Positions 18,647 to 28,009 of a stretch of DNA of 60,204 nucleotides are shown one piece after another (within the stretch, counting starts at the first letter, position 1; each line of letters starts with the position of its first letter). This DNA is from a virus: the IMG/VR virus record IMGVR_UViG_3300036944_000689, positions 1 to 60,204 of that record, one strand, 5' to 3'. Below the pieces are notes generated by a model that saw nothing but the letters and a program-made list of their open reading frames with translations, searched no databases and had not been told where the DNA came from. Both the position numbers and the translations under genes were made by a program.

Positions 18647-18670
18647 ACAAAAAAGAGCCCCGTAGGGCTC
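18647..18670 (-). terminator. Intrinsic terminator (minus strand)
   Basis: GAGCCC-UACG-GGGCUC hairpin followed by UUUUUUGU on the minus strand. Confidence 0.75.
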
Positions 18671-18817
18671 AGTGAAAAGTGTGAATCGGTTCCGGTTCCT
18701 CCGGCTCCGGTGGTGGCTTGTCGGCTTCATCCCGCTCTTTTCGCCAGTCTGTAGCCTCCCAGCGTTCGGGGTAGTGCTTGGCCTCGTAGGCTTCGCGGTA
18801 GTCACGGGCGCGCTTGC

Positions 18818-19123
18818 TCATGGCATGGCCTTTCCAACCTCGGCGGCAATTCGCAGGCTCGCAATTCGTCGGGCGGCTTGCTTGTCACCGTTGTGGTCTT
18901 CAAACATCGCCGTTTCTTGCCAGATACGCTTCCCGCACACGACTCCATCGGAGTGCCAAGTTACGTGAATGCCAATCGCGGCCTCCATGCGGGCGCAGTC
19001 GCCGTCGTCTACTAGCGGGTTCCATCGCGCCCGACCAAAGAGCAGTGTCCCGTCATGCGCCTGTTCGTCGGGTTTCGCGTGCACAGCCTTCGCCGCCAGC
19101 TTTAGCATTTCAGGATCTGTCAT
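18818..19123 (-). CDS. Hypothetical early protein, 101 aa
   Basis: ATG 19123 lies 6 nt after AAGGAG. Internal Met of track ORF 18818..19225. Confidence 0.55.
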   Translation of the reverse strand: MTDPEMLKLAAKAVHAKPDEQAHDGTLLFGRARWNPLVDDGDCARMEAAIGIHVTWHSDGVVCGKRIWQETAMFEDHNGDKQAARRIASLRIAAEVGKAMP

Positions 19124-19352
19124 GTCCATCTCCTTCGGTATTGAGGGCGCGGATAGCGGTGGCAAGCTGCGCACCGTACATCTTCTCTGCGATGTTTGAC
19201 CACTCGGATTCGCACAACTGAGCACACCGCTCCTTCATTTGCGCAGCAACAATGGCGGCAAAGCGCCCCCATGCGTCAACGGTTTCTTGCGGCGGCTTCA
19301 CCCATGAGCAAATGCCTGCCTCTCGCGCAAGTTCAATCACATCTTTGGTCAT
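19110..19352 (-). CDS. Hypothetical early protein, 80 aa
   Basis: ATGA coupling to the upstream gene. Begins MTKDVIELAREAG. Confidence 0.55.
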   Translation of the reverse strand: MTKDVIELAREAGICSWVKPPQETVDAWGRFAAIVAAQMKERCAQLCESEWSNIAEKMYGAQLATAIRALNTEGDGHDRS

Positions 19353-19741
19353 GGTTGGCCTTTCGCATCGCGTTTGGTTTTGTAGGTCATATAAACCACC
19401 TCGCCCACCTTGCCGTGCGGCTTGCAGGCTTCCCAGAACAGGCACTCTCTGCGCCCAATCTCTGTAAGCGCCGCGTCCAGGTCTTCATTCGCCTTGTACG
19501 GCTCGCGTGTGAAAGCCTTGCGCAGTTCGGTATACATCCGGCTGACCATGCTTCCAGACCATCCCGTTTCCTCGCAAATGGCGTCTTTCATGCGCTGTGG
19601 AATGTCGTGTGGCATGGCTTCGAATGCGTTCTTTGCCGTGGACTCCAGAGCCGCAGATTCGACAGACCTCGCAAACGACTCAATGCCTTTGGTTGGGCTG
19701 TAGTTCTCCCACAGCTCGCGAATCTTCTCAGGCGTCAACAT
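19349..19741 (-). CDS. Hypothetical early protein, 130 aa
   Basis: ATG 19741 preceded by GGAAGGAGGACAGG. Confidence 0.6.
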   Translation of the reverse strand: MLTPEKIRELWENYSPTKGIESFARSVESAALESTAKNAFEAMPHDIPQRMKDAICEETGWSGSMVSRMYTELRKAFTREPYKANEDLDAALTEIGRRECLFWEACKPHGKVGEVVYMTYKTKRDAKGQP

Positions 19742-19934
19742 CCTGTCCTCCTTCCTTAAATGTGTGCCACCAGTCCTCATGCATGGCGTGCCAATAGTCT
19801 TCCGTGTGGCGGCGCTCTCCAGCCTTCCACAGCACAAACTCCACGCGGCCCGACCTGTGCCTGCGCGCCGGTCGGTTGTTGCTCCCGGCTGTGCCGTAGA
19901 CGTACTCACAGAACAGGCGGCGAAGCAGGCCCAT
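19728..19934 (-). CDS. Hypothetical early protein, 68 aa
   Basis: ATG preceded by GAAAGGAGGACAGG, the same SD context as the next gene. Confidence 0.55.
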   Translation of the reverse strand: MGLLRRLFCEYVYGTAGSNNRPARRHRSGRVEFVLWKAGERRHTEDYWHAMHEDWWHTFKEGGQDVDA

Positions 19935-20220
19935 CCTGTCCTCCTTTCATATCCGCCACGCCATGGGCGGCATGATCGCGTCCACACTTATTGCAGACGG
20001 TGCCGCACGCCGCAAGGTAGTCGCAGCCACGGCGCGGTATGCCGCGACATGTCTGATGCCACCCCACAAACCCAGCGAAGTCAACAAACCCCCGCTGAGG
20101 CTGTGTTCCATCCACTTGCCGCTCAAAGCAGACGCCGGTGATCCGATAGCCATTGGCCTGCAGCTCTGCCAGCTTGCGGTCTGCTACGCCGGTGAAGTCG
20201 GGGACTGTGGGGTTAGGCAT
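19906..20220 (-). CDS. Cys-rich hypothetical early protein, 104 aa
   Basis: Internal ATG overlapping the upstream stop. Contains CDYLAACGTVCNKCGRDH. Confidence 0.5.
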   Translation of the reverse strand: MPNPTVPDFTGVADRKLAELQANGYRITGVCFERQVDGTQPQRGFVDFAGFVGWHQTCRGIPRRGCDYLAACGTVCNKCGRDHAAHGVADMKGGQDGPASPPVL

Positions 20221-20629
20221 GGTCGGATCCTTTGAGCACGAGCTCCGGGACATTTGGGTATATACCCATTGCCTTCTCGACTTCACACGCAAGATTCTGG
20301 CAAAAGGCCATAGGGTCCATGTCGCCCTGCAGTGTGTACAGGTCACTCTCGCACATCGCTGCATCTTCGCCCTTTGATGCTTCGTCGGACAAAGCAGCAT
20401 TCGGTTGGACGCGATCCAAAGAACCGCTCACGTAAGTGCAGTGGCTCAGCGCGTAGGCTCTGATGAAGCAATCGCGCAGGTCCCGGAACGTGATGCCCTT
20501 GATTTCGGTTGCGCCACGGACGCCGGTGCTTGTATGCGCCTGTCCGTTGTATGGCCGATCTCTGCGCATGCTGTGGTCGTGCCACCCAAGATCGTGGCCG
20601 ATTTGGTCGAATAGTCGTTCAACGCTCAT
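20213..20629 (-). CDS. Hypothetical early protein, 138 aa
   Basis: ATG 20629 preceded by AAAAGGAGCC. Confidence 0.55.
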   Translation of the reverse strand: MSVERLFDQIGHDLGWHDHSMRRDRPYNGQAHTSTGVRGATEIKGITFRDLRDCFIRAYALSHCTYVSGSLDRVQPNAALSDEASKGEDAAMCESDLYTLQGDMDPMAFCQNLACEVEKAMGIYPNVPELVLKGSDHA

Positions 20630-21134
20630 GGCAGGCTCCTTTTGTTTGACGCTTGGCATCGCTAAAAAGCATCAGGGTCAAATCAATCACGCACGACCGC
20701 AGCGCATCGAACTCATCCGTTTTCCGGTCAGCCACATCAATGACGCCTTCCATTGCCGCAAGCGTGCGCTCCAAGAACGCCCGTGTCGGCACCGCCCCGG
20801 CCTGCGCCTGGGTGGGCTGCGGGGTGGTGTATCCGTCAACCCCATAGGTTCCAGCGATGACAAGCGCATGCCGTCCTTTCGGGAGGCGTAGCAGCTCATC
20901 GTCAGACAACGCTGTTCCAAGGTCTAGATACCCTGTCCCGATATCCAAATACGCCACAGGCTCTCCCGCCCCTGCAGGTGTGCCCCACTTGGCAATCTCA
21001 TTCAGGGCCTTTTCCAGCGCTCCGCGTGCTGCCTTCAAGCAGTTGTTGCTGTCGTCGGTTTCAACGCCATCAAGCTCTGCTTGCGCTGTGATGATCCACC
21101 ACGCCGCATCCGTGGGCTGTGTTTGCTCAGTCAT
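20619..21134 (-). CDS. Hypothetical early protein, 171 aa
   Basis: Track ORF with SD GCAAGGAGGC. Confidence 0.6.
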   Translation of the reverse strand: MTEQTQPTDAAWWIITAQAELDGVETDDSNNCLKAARGALEKALNEIAKWGTPAGAGEPVAYLDIGTGYLDLGTALSDDELLRLPKGRHALVIAGTYGVDGYTTPQPTQAQAGAVPTRAFLERTLAAMEGVIDVADRKTDEFDALRSCVIDLTLMLFSDAKRQTKGACHER

Positions 21135-22362
21135 GTTTGCCTCCTTGCTTGCGGGCGGCGTCTACTGCGCCGGTTAAATCGAGACCGCTATGTACCGCGT
21201 CCATGTAAGCCTTCACGGCGTTCGCATGGGTTCGCTTTTCTGGGTGTAGCATGACCTCTTTGCCCACCAGCACAGCCATGCGCCACCGATCCGCATCCTC
21301 CAGCACGCTGTCTGCCTGGGCGGCTGGGGTGGGCGCGCGGTGCGCACGGTGGACCAGCGCTTCCAAATCGCTGAATGCTTGGTGTTCATTGCCGAACAGG
21401 CGCACCACCAACGCTATCAGGCGTTTGTCGCCATCGGCGAGCTGGATGTGTGCGTAGGTCCAGCCGAACTCCATCGCGCCGTACTCAGGCGGCCCCGCTA
21501 CTGCGCCAGCGGCTGGTGCCGCCAGGGTTTCGCGTACCGCCGTATCGGCTATTCCTACCTTGTGCAATGTGTAGGCTTTGGGGAAAGCCATTGCGATCTC
21601 TGCGAATGCGTCTTGTACCAAATACAGCACCTGGGCTGGTGCCGCCTGTGCCGTGGGGGCTGCCGGGGCTGCAGCGAGTTCTTCGATCAAGTCCTTTCGG
21701 AGCTTTGCGATCAGCTCTCGCATCATTGGTCTGGTGTCATTGAACCAGTCAGAAGGTCCACCATCCTCGTCGTTTGGTCGCTTAGCCTGCATGAACGCGG
21801 TGTACGCAATGTCGATGATGCGAGGCGTCAATCGGTTATGCAGGTCATCTTGCAGCACATAAGCCAACAGGTTTGTCCATGCTTCCGGCACTCTGTCGTT
21901 CGGTGCCGCCGCCACGGCTGGTGCTTGCCCATTGGATGCGCGCAGACGGGCGCGGCGCAGCAATTCAATCGCAGCGTCGTACACGTACTGTTTGAGGTCG
22001 GTTTGGCCTTCCTTGACCGTGAACCCGTTCTCGATAAACACCGCACGGATTACGTCCTTGGGCAGTTCCGCATAGGCCACGCCCTGGGCTGGCTGCATTG
22101 GCGAAATGGAATCGTCGTATTTGTCTCCATCCGCCTCCCACCAATTCACTTCAGCCACGCCCTGGGGCGCTGCTGGCTGCGCTGCTGTGAGTGCGGCTAC
22201 ATGGGCTGCGTGGTCTTCGTAGCGGACCCATGCGCCTGCATGGTCTGGGATGCCACTTGGCGTGCTGGATCGCTCGCCCCATGAGTCAGTTGGGTAGCCT
22301 ATCTTGTAGCGCTGCACTTGTGCGGCTGTCTGGGCGTGTTCGCCTTGGGTGGGGGTGGTCAT
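21127..22362 (-). CDS. Hypothetical early protein, 411 aa
   Basis: Track ORF with ATGA coupling to the upstream gene. No recognised domain. Confidence 0.65.
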   Translation of the reverse strand: MTTPTQGEHAQTAAQVQRYKIGYPTDSWGERSSTPSGIPDHAGAWVRYEDHAAHVAALTAAQPAAPQGVAEVNWWEADGDKYDDSISPMQPAQGVAYAELPKDVIRAVFIENGFTVKEGQTDLKQYVYDAAIELLRRARLRASNGQAPAVAAAPNDRVPEAWTNLLAYVLQDDLHNRLTPRIIDIAYTAFMQAKRPNDEDGGPSDWFNDTRPMMRELIAKLRKDLIEELAAAPAAPTAQAAPAQVLYLVQDAFAEIAMAFPKAYTLHKVGIADTAVRETLAAPAAGAVAGPPEYGAMEFGWTYAHIQLADGDKRLIALVVRLFGNEHQAFSDLEALVHRAHRAPTPAAQADSVLEDADRWRMAVLVGKEVMLHPEKRTHANAVKAYMDAVHSGLDLTGAVDAARKQGGKHD

Positions 22363-22913
22363 GGGGTGTCCTTTTGAATCAGGCCAATGCGGCCATCCAG
22401 AATCGCGGCCTTGATGGTGTTCAGTTCCCAGCTGTAGCAGGTGGCATCTACATAGACCCGCAGGCCCTCGCGGTAGTCGTGCCCCTTGCGCTTAATGAAC
22501 GCGTCGGCTGCATCGCGCGTGAAGTGCTGGCAGACAAACTCCCATTGTTCCTGCGCGTAGTACAGGGTGGATTCGGAGTGCAATTTTCCAAGCGCCTCGC
22601 GCATGTCGTAACCATCTGCAGTAAGAAATGATCCGTCGCACGCTTCGTTAAGCGCAGCCTGTTCCTCTGGTTCAAGATCCTCGAAAAACTCTTCAACCGT
22701 TTCATCGTAGCCATCGGTGTAGACGCGCCTGATGTCGTGAGAAAGCTCTTCCGGAACCGCTTGCCACACTCGCTTTTCCACAAGGAATGTGGCGTCTGCT
22801 GTGTAGTGCCGCTCCACGCCTTCACCAACGCAGTCGTGATGCAGTCTCTTTACAAAGTCGGCCCATGTGTCCGGCGTTAGGTCGGCGCCATTCGCCAATG
22901 TTTTGTCAGCCAT
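22359..22913 (-). CDS. Hypothetical acidic early protein, 184 aa
   Basis: ATG 22913 overlaps the upstream TGA. Confidence 0.6.
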   Translation of the reverse strand: MADKTLANGADLTPDTWADFVKRLHHDCVGEGVERHYTADATFLVEKRVWQAVPEELSHDIRRVYTDGYDETVEEFFEDLEPEEQAALNEACDGSFLTADGYDMREALGKLHSESTLYYAQEQWEFVCQHFTRDAADAFIKRKGHDYREGLRVYVDATCYSWELNTIKAAILDGRIGLIQKDTP

Positions 22914-23449
22914 CACAGCTCCTTTGCCTCAGATGCGGGAAGGGGTGGTGCGGGCATTGGTTGCCAGACAGTGGGGAACACTGCATAGCCGCCATCGGCC
23001 AGAAAATTGCACTTGTCAGAATCTGATTGCCACCAGCGCGCGCGGATTGGTGCTATCGCACCCGGATACCAAGCCAAGATGTATTCCGCGTATGCGTTCG
23101 ATCCATCGCGATACATCTCATCCTTCGGCGCCGTGGCGATATCTCTCCACCCTGCCATTCCCTCTGGGGGAGAGGGGTGGGTGTAGAGGGGTGTTGTAAA
23201 GCCATACTTCGGCTGTGCTTCACGCGTCAGCTTGACAACCATCTCTGACTGAAAGCGCTTATCAGCCCTCCAATCCAGACCAGTAGTCCACGCCACCGGC
23301 TCACTCCCCGCACTTGCTGCGAGAGATGCGCGGCCAGCTTGGAATGCTGCGTGCCATGCGCCACCAACGTCGGGGACGATGGCGTGTGCATCGCAGTCCT
23401 TGAGATATTCCTGCAGCGCCTTGAGCCCTGCTGTATTCGTGTCGGTCAT
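22913..23449 (-). CDS. DUF551-like protein, 178 aa
   Basis: C-terminal W.DI..AP.D.....AW.......ARWW.......F.......V...WQPMPAPP pattern typical of DUF551. ATGA coupling. Confidence 0.6.
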   Translation of the reverse strand: MTDTNTAGLKALQEYLKDCDAHAIVPDVGGAWHAAFQAGRASLAASAGSEPVAWTTGLDWRADKRFQSEMVVKLTREAQPKYGFTTPLYTHPSPPEGMAGWRDIATAPKDEMYRDGSNAYAEYILAWYPGAIAPIRARWWQSDSDKCNFLADGGYAVFPTVWQPMPAPPLPASEAKEL

Positions 23450-23643
23450 GTCTTTTGCTCCTGTGCCCATTGAAGGACTTCGCGAATTTCATCAAGCGCT
23501 ACCTTTTGCGCAGCCCGCTCCCGCGCAGCCGTCAGTTCTTGCTGCGCCTCCAGAGACCGCACGTTCTGGATGAACTCGACCTCAGCTTCGGCTTTGAGCG
23601 CTCTGCGCTTCCACTCTTTCAGGGTGGGCTCTTTGTCAGCCAT
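23446..23643 (-). CDS. Small coiled-coil protein, 65 aa
   Basis: Track ORF with SD CAGGAGG. Confidence 0.55.
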   Translation of the reverse strand: MADKEPTLKEWKRRALKAEAEVEFIQNVRSLEAQQELTAARERAAQKVALDEIREVLQWAQEQKT

Positions 23644-23673
23644 ACGGCCTCCTGTGGTGCACCAGGGGTGCGG

Positions 23674-24006
23674 TTATGCGGCCTTCTTCAAACCAGCCCA
23701 GACCGTTTCAGGCTTCTTCGCTTCTTTCTCGCCAAGCCACCAAACGCCGCCCTTGCCGTCATCGCAAGCGCGCTTAGTGCGGATAACCGGCTGCTTTGCG
23801 CCCAGGTTCTTCACCAGCCACTTTTCGTAAGCGTGGGCAATGGCGCCTGCTCGGCCTGGCGGGCAGACGATGCGCTGGCCTTGCTTGACCTTGCAGAAGA
23901 TTTCGGCGTACTTGCCTTCGTTCGTGCGCTCGCGCCCGGTGTAGGGGTCGTTCGAAATGCTCAGGTCGGATGGGTCAATGGGTTGGTATGTGGTTGGCTT
24001 CGTCAT
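23674..24006 (-). CDS. Hypothetical early protein, 110 aa
   Basis: Internal ATG (MTKPTTYQ) of track ORF 23674..24270. Confidence 0.5.
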   Translation of the reverse strand: MTKPTTYQPIDPSDLSISNDPYTGRERTNEGKYAEIFCKVKQGQRIVCPPGRAGAIAHAYEKWLVKNLGAKQPVIRTKRACDDGKGGVWWLGEKEAKKPETVWAGLKKAA

Positions 24007-24064
24007 ATCTGGTCCTGAAATGAGAAGACCCGCTACTGCGGGCCTTTGGGTGGGGTGGTGGAGG

Positions 24065-24559
24065 TCAAGTAATGGACAGCCGGTCCTTGCGCACGATGCG
24101 CGCACCAGCCACCGCTTCACCAGCCTTGATTGCGGCCTTGATCTTGGTTTTGCTGGGTGTTGGCGGCTTTGGGTCGTTGCACAGCGATGCGGGGAACTCG
24201 GCATCCGCATCAATCTCCACCGATTCGTCACGCTCCACATACAGCTTTGCGGCGAACAGGCCCAACTCATGTTTCACCTCAGTGATCCCCGTGGCCTTCA
24301 TGCAGTCGGCAAGGTAGGCTTCAAACCGTTCCAGGCGCTTTTCGCGGGCCTCGATCTTGGCGAGCATGTCTTTGATCATGGCCTTTGCGCTGGCAAGCGT
24401 GGCGGCTTCTTCCTTTGCGTAGGCCACGCAAGCCACGGCTTTGTTTTGGAACAGATCGCGGCTCTCGGTGTAGCTCTCCAGCAGCTCGCCGGTTTCTGGG
24501 TCCATCTGGTTGACGGATTCACGCACGGCCTGGGCCGCGTCAAACAATGTGATGCTCAT
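24065..24559 (-). CDS. Siphovirus Gp157-like protein, 164 aa
   Basis: Helical N-terminus, central EAREKRLERFEAYL, C-terminal beta region. Sits next to SSB and the annealase, as in Gp157-family contexts. Confidence 0.6.
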   Translation of the reverse strand: MSITLFDAAQAVRESVNQMDPETGELLESYTESRDLFQNKAVACVAYAKEEAATLASAKAMIKDMLAKIEAREKRLERFEAYLADCMKATGITEVKHELGLFAAKLYVERDESVEIDADAEFPASLCNDPKPPTPSKTKIKAAIKAGEAVAGARIVRKDRLSIT

Positions 24560-24721
24560 TTCTTCCCCAAGAAGTAAGAAGGCCAGCGACTTGTGCAGTG
24601 CTGGCCTTCGGTTGTTGATTCAGTTCACGGCGTTTTGCGATGTACCGCGCATGCGCCCTGGCTCTTGCTGCCTTGCCCTTGGGCGATTGGGCGTAGGCTC
24701 GGTAATCACGTACTGGCATGG

Positions 24722-25120
24722 CTAAAACGGTATATCGGACCCGTCGTCAAATCCGCCATCAAATCCAGATTGGGCGGCTTTACTAGGTGCTGGTGCGGCT
24801 GGCGCTGCTGACTGCTCTCGCTTTCCGCCTTGCAGGGCAAGATCAGAAACACGGATATCCATCTGTTTGCGCTTGTTGCCGTCCTTGTCCGTCCATTCGC
24901 GCTCTGCGATGCTTCCGGCGACCGTCACTTGCTGGCCTTTGGTGAGGTACTGCGCAAGGCTCTCTGCGCGCTTGCCGAACAACTGGCAGTTCCACCAGAT
25001 AGTTGGCTTGTCGCGGCCCTGACTATCGGCTACAGAGAAGGACCCTACGCGGTCGCCGTTTGGCATGGAGCGCAGTTCAATGTCTCGGCCCAGTGAGCCG
25101 GTGATGGTGATGTTGTTCAT
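24722..25120 (-). CDS. ssb: Single-stranded DNA-binding protein, 132 aa
   Basis: OB-fold N-terminus MNNITITGSLGRDIELR. Gly/Ala-rich linker. Acidic tail DDGSDIPF. Confidence 0.9.
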   Translation of the reverse strand: MNNITITGSLGRDIELRSMPNGDRVGSFSVADSQGRDKPTIWWNCQLFGKRAESLAQYLTKGQQVTVAGSIAEREWTDKDGNKRKQMDIRVSDLALQGGKREQSAAPAAPAPSKAAQSGFDGGFDDGSDIPF

Positions 25121-25776
25121 GCTTGTGCTTTCTGTGTACGTTTCTTCTCAAGAGTTTTGGTGACTGTCGCCAGGGCTGCGGCTGGGATTTCGCTCTCTGA
25201 CTGGACTGGATGCCCAGCCATCTGCTCTACCCAGGCCAGGAAAGCGACACGGTCGGCTCCAACCTCCTGAATCAGCGCCTTTATGTCAGCGGCCTGCTGT
25301 TCTGTGATGGTCGGCATTTCGCGCCGCTTGGTTTCCTCAGCCGCCCAGGCGACATACTTGGAGTCGTCCCACTGGCCGCTGAAAATATCCCCTGCGAATC
25401 CGAGCATTGACAGGCACTTGACCATCCCATCTGTTGCTGACTTCTTGGGTGCATCTTCGTCAACCATGTACTTCCCGGAAGATGTGTTGTAGGCGGCGCG
25501 GGTTTGACCCATCTGCTCAATCTCGCAGCGCTTGCCGTCCTGCACGTACCAAACCTTCACATGGGCGATGTGCAGCGCTTCGTCTCCAAAGCGTTCAAAG
25601 CGCTCAGAAAGGATCTGCACGCCCCAGCCCAGGCCACAGGGGCCGAACACCTCGGTAGCCCTCTGGATAACCCAATAAGGTTTCGGGGAGTTTCCCTTGT
25701 ACTGCTTGCCGGTGATCGGCTTCACTGCCCGTGGGTCGGTCACGCATACCGCGTTCCACAGCTTCATGTTGTCCAT
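25117..25776 (-). CDS. Single-strand annealing protein (Rad52/ERF-like superfamily), 219 aa
   Basis: KSATDGMVKCLSMLGFAGDIFSG..DD.KY resembles the conserved SSAP core. ATGA-coupled to ssb. SD TAAGGAGAG. Confidence 0.7.
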   Translation of the reverse strand: MDNMKLWNAVCVTDPRAVKPITGKQYKGNSPKPYWVIQRATEVFGPCGLGWGVQILSERFERFGDEALHIAHVKVWYVQDGKRCEIEQMGQTRAAYNTSSGKYMVDEDAPKKSATDGMVKCLSMLGFAGDIFSGQWDDSKYVAWAAEETKRREMPTITEQQAADIKALIQEVGADRVAFLAWVEQMAGHPVQSESEIPAAALATVTKTLEKKRTQKAQA

Positions 25777-25874
25777 TCAGGCTCTCCTTAGATTGTTTCT
25801 GATCGTGTTCAATTTGTGCGCAGGCCATAGCCTCATCGCACGACTCTTGCAAAACTGGATGCATGGCGCACCTC

Positions 25875-25970
25875 TCAATAAATCGGTGTTGAATACCCCC
25901 GCACAAAAGCAAGTGCGAGGGCCAGGGCGCAGGCAAGGAGCCACGCGGCAAAGAATGCGAGGTGCTTCAT
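25875..25970 (-). CDS. 31-aa hydrophobic peptide (MKHLAFFAAWLLACALALALAFVRGYSTPIY)
   Basis: Translated by hand. Its ATG overlaps the upstream stop (ATGA). Below the track cutoff. Confidence 0.35.
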   Translation of the reverse strand: MKHLAFFAAWLLACALALALAFVRGYSTPIY

Positions 25971-26377
25971 GTCTTCTGCCTGAGCCAGTCGAAAAGCTGG
26001 TCGGCATCGGCAAACACCCCGAAAGCCTCATGCTCGTTTGCCAGTCGGGTGTATTCCCAATCGCCGTGATGGTTGTAGTCCCATCCGACCTGATAGCTGC
26101 ACACGGCGTTGTCGGGCTGCTTGGTGTGGATGCGCAGAAAGCTGGGGTAGCTATGCCCTGGCATAACCGCTGCAGCCTCTTGGTGCATCGTTTCCGTTCC
26201 ATCAAACGCAGCGAAGTGCGGATGACTTGGGTAGACGTATGCATAGACACACCAGCGGTGCGGGCCTTCGCTGTCGAAGCAGGCGGCTTCTTCGCGCTGA
26301 GGCTCGGTGTAGTGATTCACCATCACCATGAACCCTTTGCCTTCGCGCTTCCAGTTTTCGGATTTTCTGTAGTTCAT
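25967..26377 (-). CDS. Hypothetical His/Trp-rich early protein, 136 aa
   Basis: ATG 26377 preceded by AAGGGAAA. Confidence 0.55.
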   Translation of the reverse strand: MNYRKSENWKREGKGFMVMVNHYTEPQREEAACFDSEGPHRWCVYAYVYPSHPHFAAFDGTETMHQEAAAVMPGHSYPSFLRIHTKQPDNAVCSYQVGWDYNHHGDWEYTRLANEHEAFGVFADADQLFDWLRQKT

Positions 26378-26387
26378 GTATTTCCCT

Positions 26388-26504
26388 TCATGCAATCCAC
26401 GGCGATGCAACCACCACCGCCAGCATCAGCGCAACGACAAAGGCCAGGGCGATTTCGATTGAGTCGCGCTGGCCTTCGGTTAGGTTGAGTTCGTCTTCTG
26501 TCAT
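26388..26504 (-). CDS. 38-aa peptide with a C-terminal TM (MTEDELNLTEGQRDSIEIALAFVVALMLAVVVASPWIA)
   Basis: Translated by hand. ATGA overlap with the upstream gene. Confidence 0.4.
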   Translation of the reverse strand: MTEDELNLTEGQRDSIEIALAFVVALMLAVVVASPWIA

Positions 26505-26869
26505 GGGGATGGCTCCTCATCGAGCAATAGATACGGATGGCGGTAGCCTTTGAGCATTCGTTTGAATGCGCTGGAGGCCATGACGCGCACCTTTGTTTTT
26601 CCAAACTGGCGGCCATCAGGGTCGATGAACTGGCGCGTGTAGAAGGTGCGCTCCGGGTACTTCCCAGGCTTGAAAGCTCCAAGCACCTCCAGCACCATGG
26701 AGCCTTCGCCATCCGCTACCCACTGCTCATCGGAGTATTCGTAGTCACCGTATTCACAGCGAGTTCCGGGCTTCCATGTTTTCATTCCATCAACGAATTC
26801 GCCGTCCATAGGCCCGCTGTATTCATAGCGGACAAACGGGAACTTGATCTTGTGCGTAGTAGTCATCAT
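26501..26869 (-). CDS. Hypothetical early protein, 122 aa
   Basis: ATGATGA overlap with the upstream gene. Internal Met of track ORF 26501..27052. Confidence 0.55.
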   Translation of the reverse strand: MMTTTHKIKFPFVRYEYSGPMDGEFVDGMKTWKPGTRCEYGDYEYSDEQWVADGEGSMVLEVLGAFKPGKYPERTFYTRQFIDPDGRQFGKTKVRVMASSAFKRMLKGYRHPYLLLDEEPSP

Positions 26870-27222
26870 TCCCCCTCTGCTGTGTTGGGACGGGCTTTGG
26901 AGAGGGCGGCGCGCAACACTTCCTCTTGCCAGCCCTCGATGACGATCCGGCCGGAATACATGCGATCCATCAGCAGTACGCCGTTGAGCAGTTCCTCCAG
27001 CTCCTTCACCCGCTCCACAAGCTGGCTTGGTGTGAGGCCGGTCTGAACACAAATGGCCGTGGCTTCGTCGCGCACGCGCTCATATTCGGCAATGGCATCT
27101 GCAGCAAATGCGCGGCTTACATCGCTTTGCGCATCGCCATACTCAAACCATCCATGCTTTGCGTTAAGTGCAAACACTTGGCCGTTGTGCAGAAGCCCCG
27201 GTGTCGGCTTTGCTTCACTCAT
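26866..27222 (-). CDS. Hypothetical early protein, 118 aa
   Basis: ATG 27222 preceded by CCAAGGAGGATAGCC. Confidence 0.6.
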   Translation of the reverse strand: MSEAKPTPGLLHNGQVFALNAKHGWFEYGDAQSDVSRAFAADAIAEYERVRDEATAICVQTGLTPSQLVERVKELEELLNGVLLMDRMYSGRIVIEGWQEEVLRAALSKARPNTAEGE

Positions 27223-27391
27223 GGCTATCCTCCTTGGTCTGTTGTTCACCGCGCATCTCGCGGACGTAGCCCTCATAGCGGGCGGCGGCTTCGTCATTAC
27301 CCTGGCGCCGCACCATCGCCGCAGCGTCTTCGATGACATCCAGCGCAAAGCCCAGCTTCGCTTCGGCGCTCATTTCTGCAAGATTGGTCAT
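27215..27391 (-). CDS. 58-aa hypothetical protein
   Basis: Translated by hand (MTNLAEMSAEAKLGFALDVIEDAAAMVRRQG...). ATGA overlap upstream, and an 8-nt overlap with the next gene. Confidence 0.45.
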   Translation of the reverse strand: MTNLAEMSAEAKLGFALDVIEDAAAMVRRQGNDEAAARYEGYVREMRGEQQTKEDSHE

Positions 27392-27846
27392 TGATCACTC
27401 CTGGCTTTCGCATCTTCAAACTTCACAATCAGGAACCTGCCTTCTTGCGTGCATCCGTATTGCTTTACCAAGTAGCTTGCTGGTGTGTATTGGCAAATGC
27501 CATGGATGACGCCGCGATCAATTGATGTGCCGTTTGCCAGTGGCGGCTGGATCTTGTATTCATCCGCCCATGCTTTGCACGCGGCCAGATGCACTTCCCG
27601 CACTGCTGAATGCACTCCATCCAAAGACTCAACCAGCGCAGCGTCAACATCCCATGCAAACTGGTCGTCAAGCTGCTTCGCCAATTCATAGCCGTCCATC
27701 CCATGGTGATAGGCAGCGACTACGTCTTGTGGATCTTCGGCGCACCCAGAGCTTTTCAGAACCTTCACTGCGGCCTCCAGCACCATCGCATCTGTGATGC
27801 TGGGCCGTGGTGGTGCCTCAATGCCTTCAATTACTGTTTGCGTCAT
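27388..27846 (-). CDS. Hypothetical early protein, 152 aa
   Basis: Internal ATG (MTQTVIEG) of track ORF 27388..27873. Confidence 0.55.
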   Translation of the reverse strand: MTQTVIEGIEAPPRPSITDAMVLEAAVKVLKSSGCAEDPQDVVAAYHHGMDGYELAKQLDDQFAWDVDAALVESLDGVHSAVREVHLAACKAWADEYKIQPPLANGTSIDRGVIHGICQYTPASYLVKQYGCTQEGRFLIVKFEDAKARSDQ

Positions 27847-28009
27847 GCCCGCTCCTTGCTTGCGCCACAGCATCCCGAAGGCTTGCGGCTGAATCTTCCT
27901 CAGCCTGCCAATCTGGCGGTCCGTCCATGTAGTGCGTCAGAATGAAAAAAGCGGCCAAGAGAGCCGCTGTTTTGATTGCTGTTCCCCAGTTGGGGTGAAG
28001 TCGGTTCAT
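27827..28009 (-). CDS. Small membrane protein, 60 aa
   Basis: Track ORF with SD AAGGAAAC. One TM (AIKTAALLAAFFILTHY). Confidence 0.5.
   Translation of the reverse strand: MNRLHPNWGTAIKTAALLAAFFILTHYMDGPPDWQAEEDSAASLRDAVAQARSGHDANSN

Noticed and set aside
24540-24719. 59-aa basic minus-strand ORF (MPVRDYRAYAQSPKGKAARARAHARYIAKRRE...) and a 9-bp-stem hairpin (24580-24609) in the ssb-gp157 gap
   Set aside because: It has no SD, overlaps the gp157-like start by 20 nt, and its coding potential cannot be judged by eye. The hairpin has only a weak U-tract. Left unannotated.
25604-25951. 115-aa minus-strand ORF overlapping the annealase start
   Set aside because: It would overlap 25117-25776 by about 170 nt in another frame. 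The annealase has a strong SD and a clean start.
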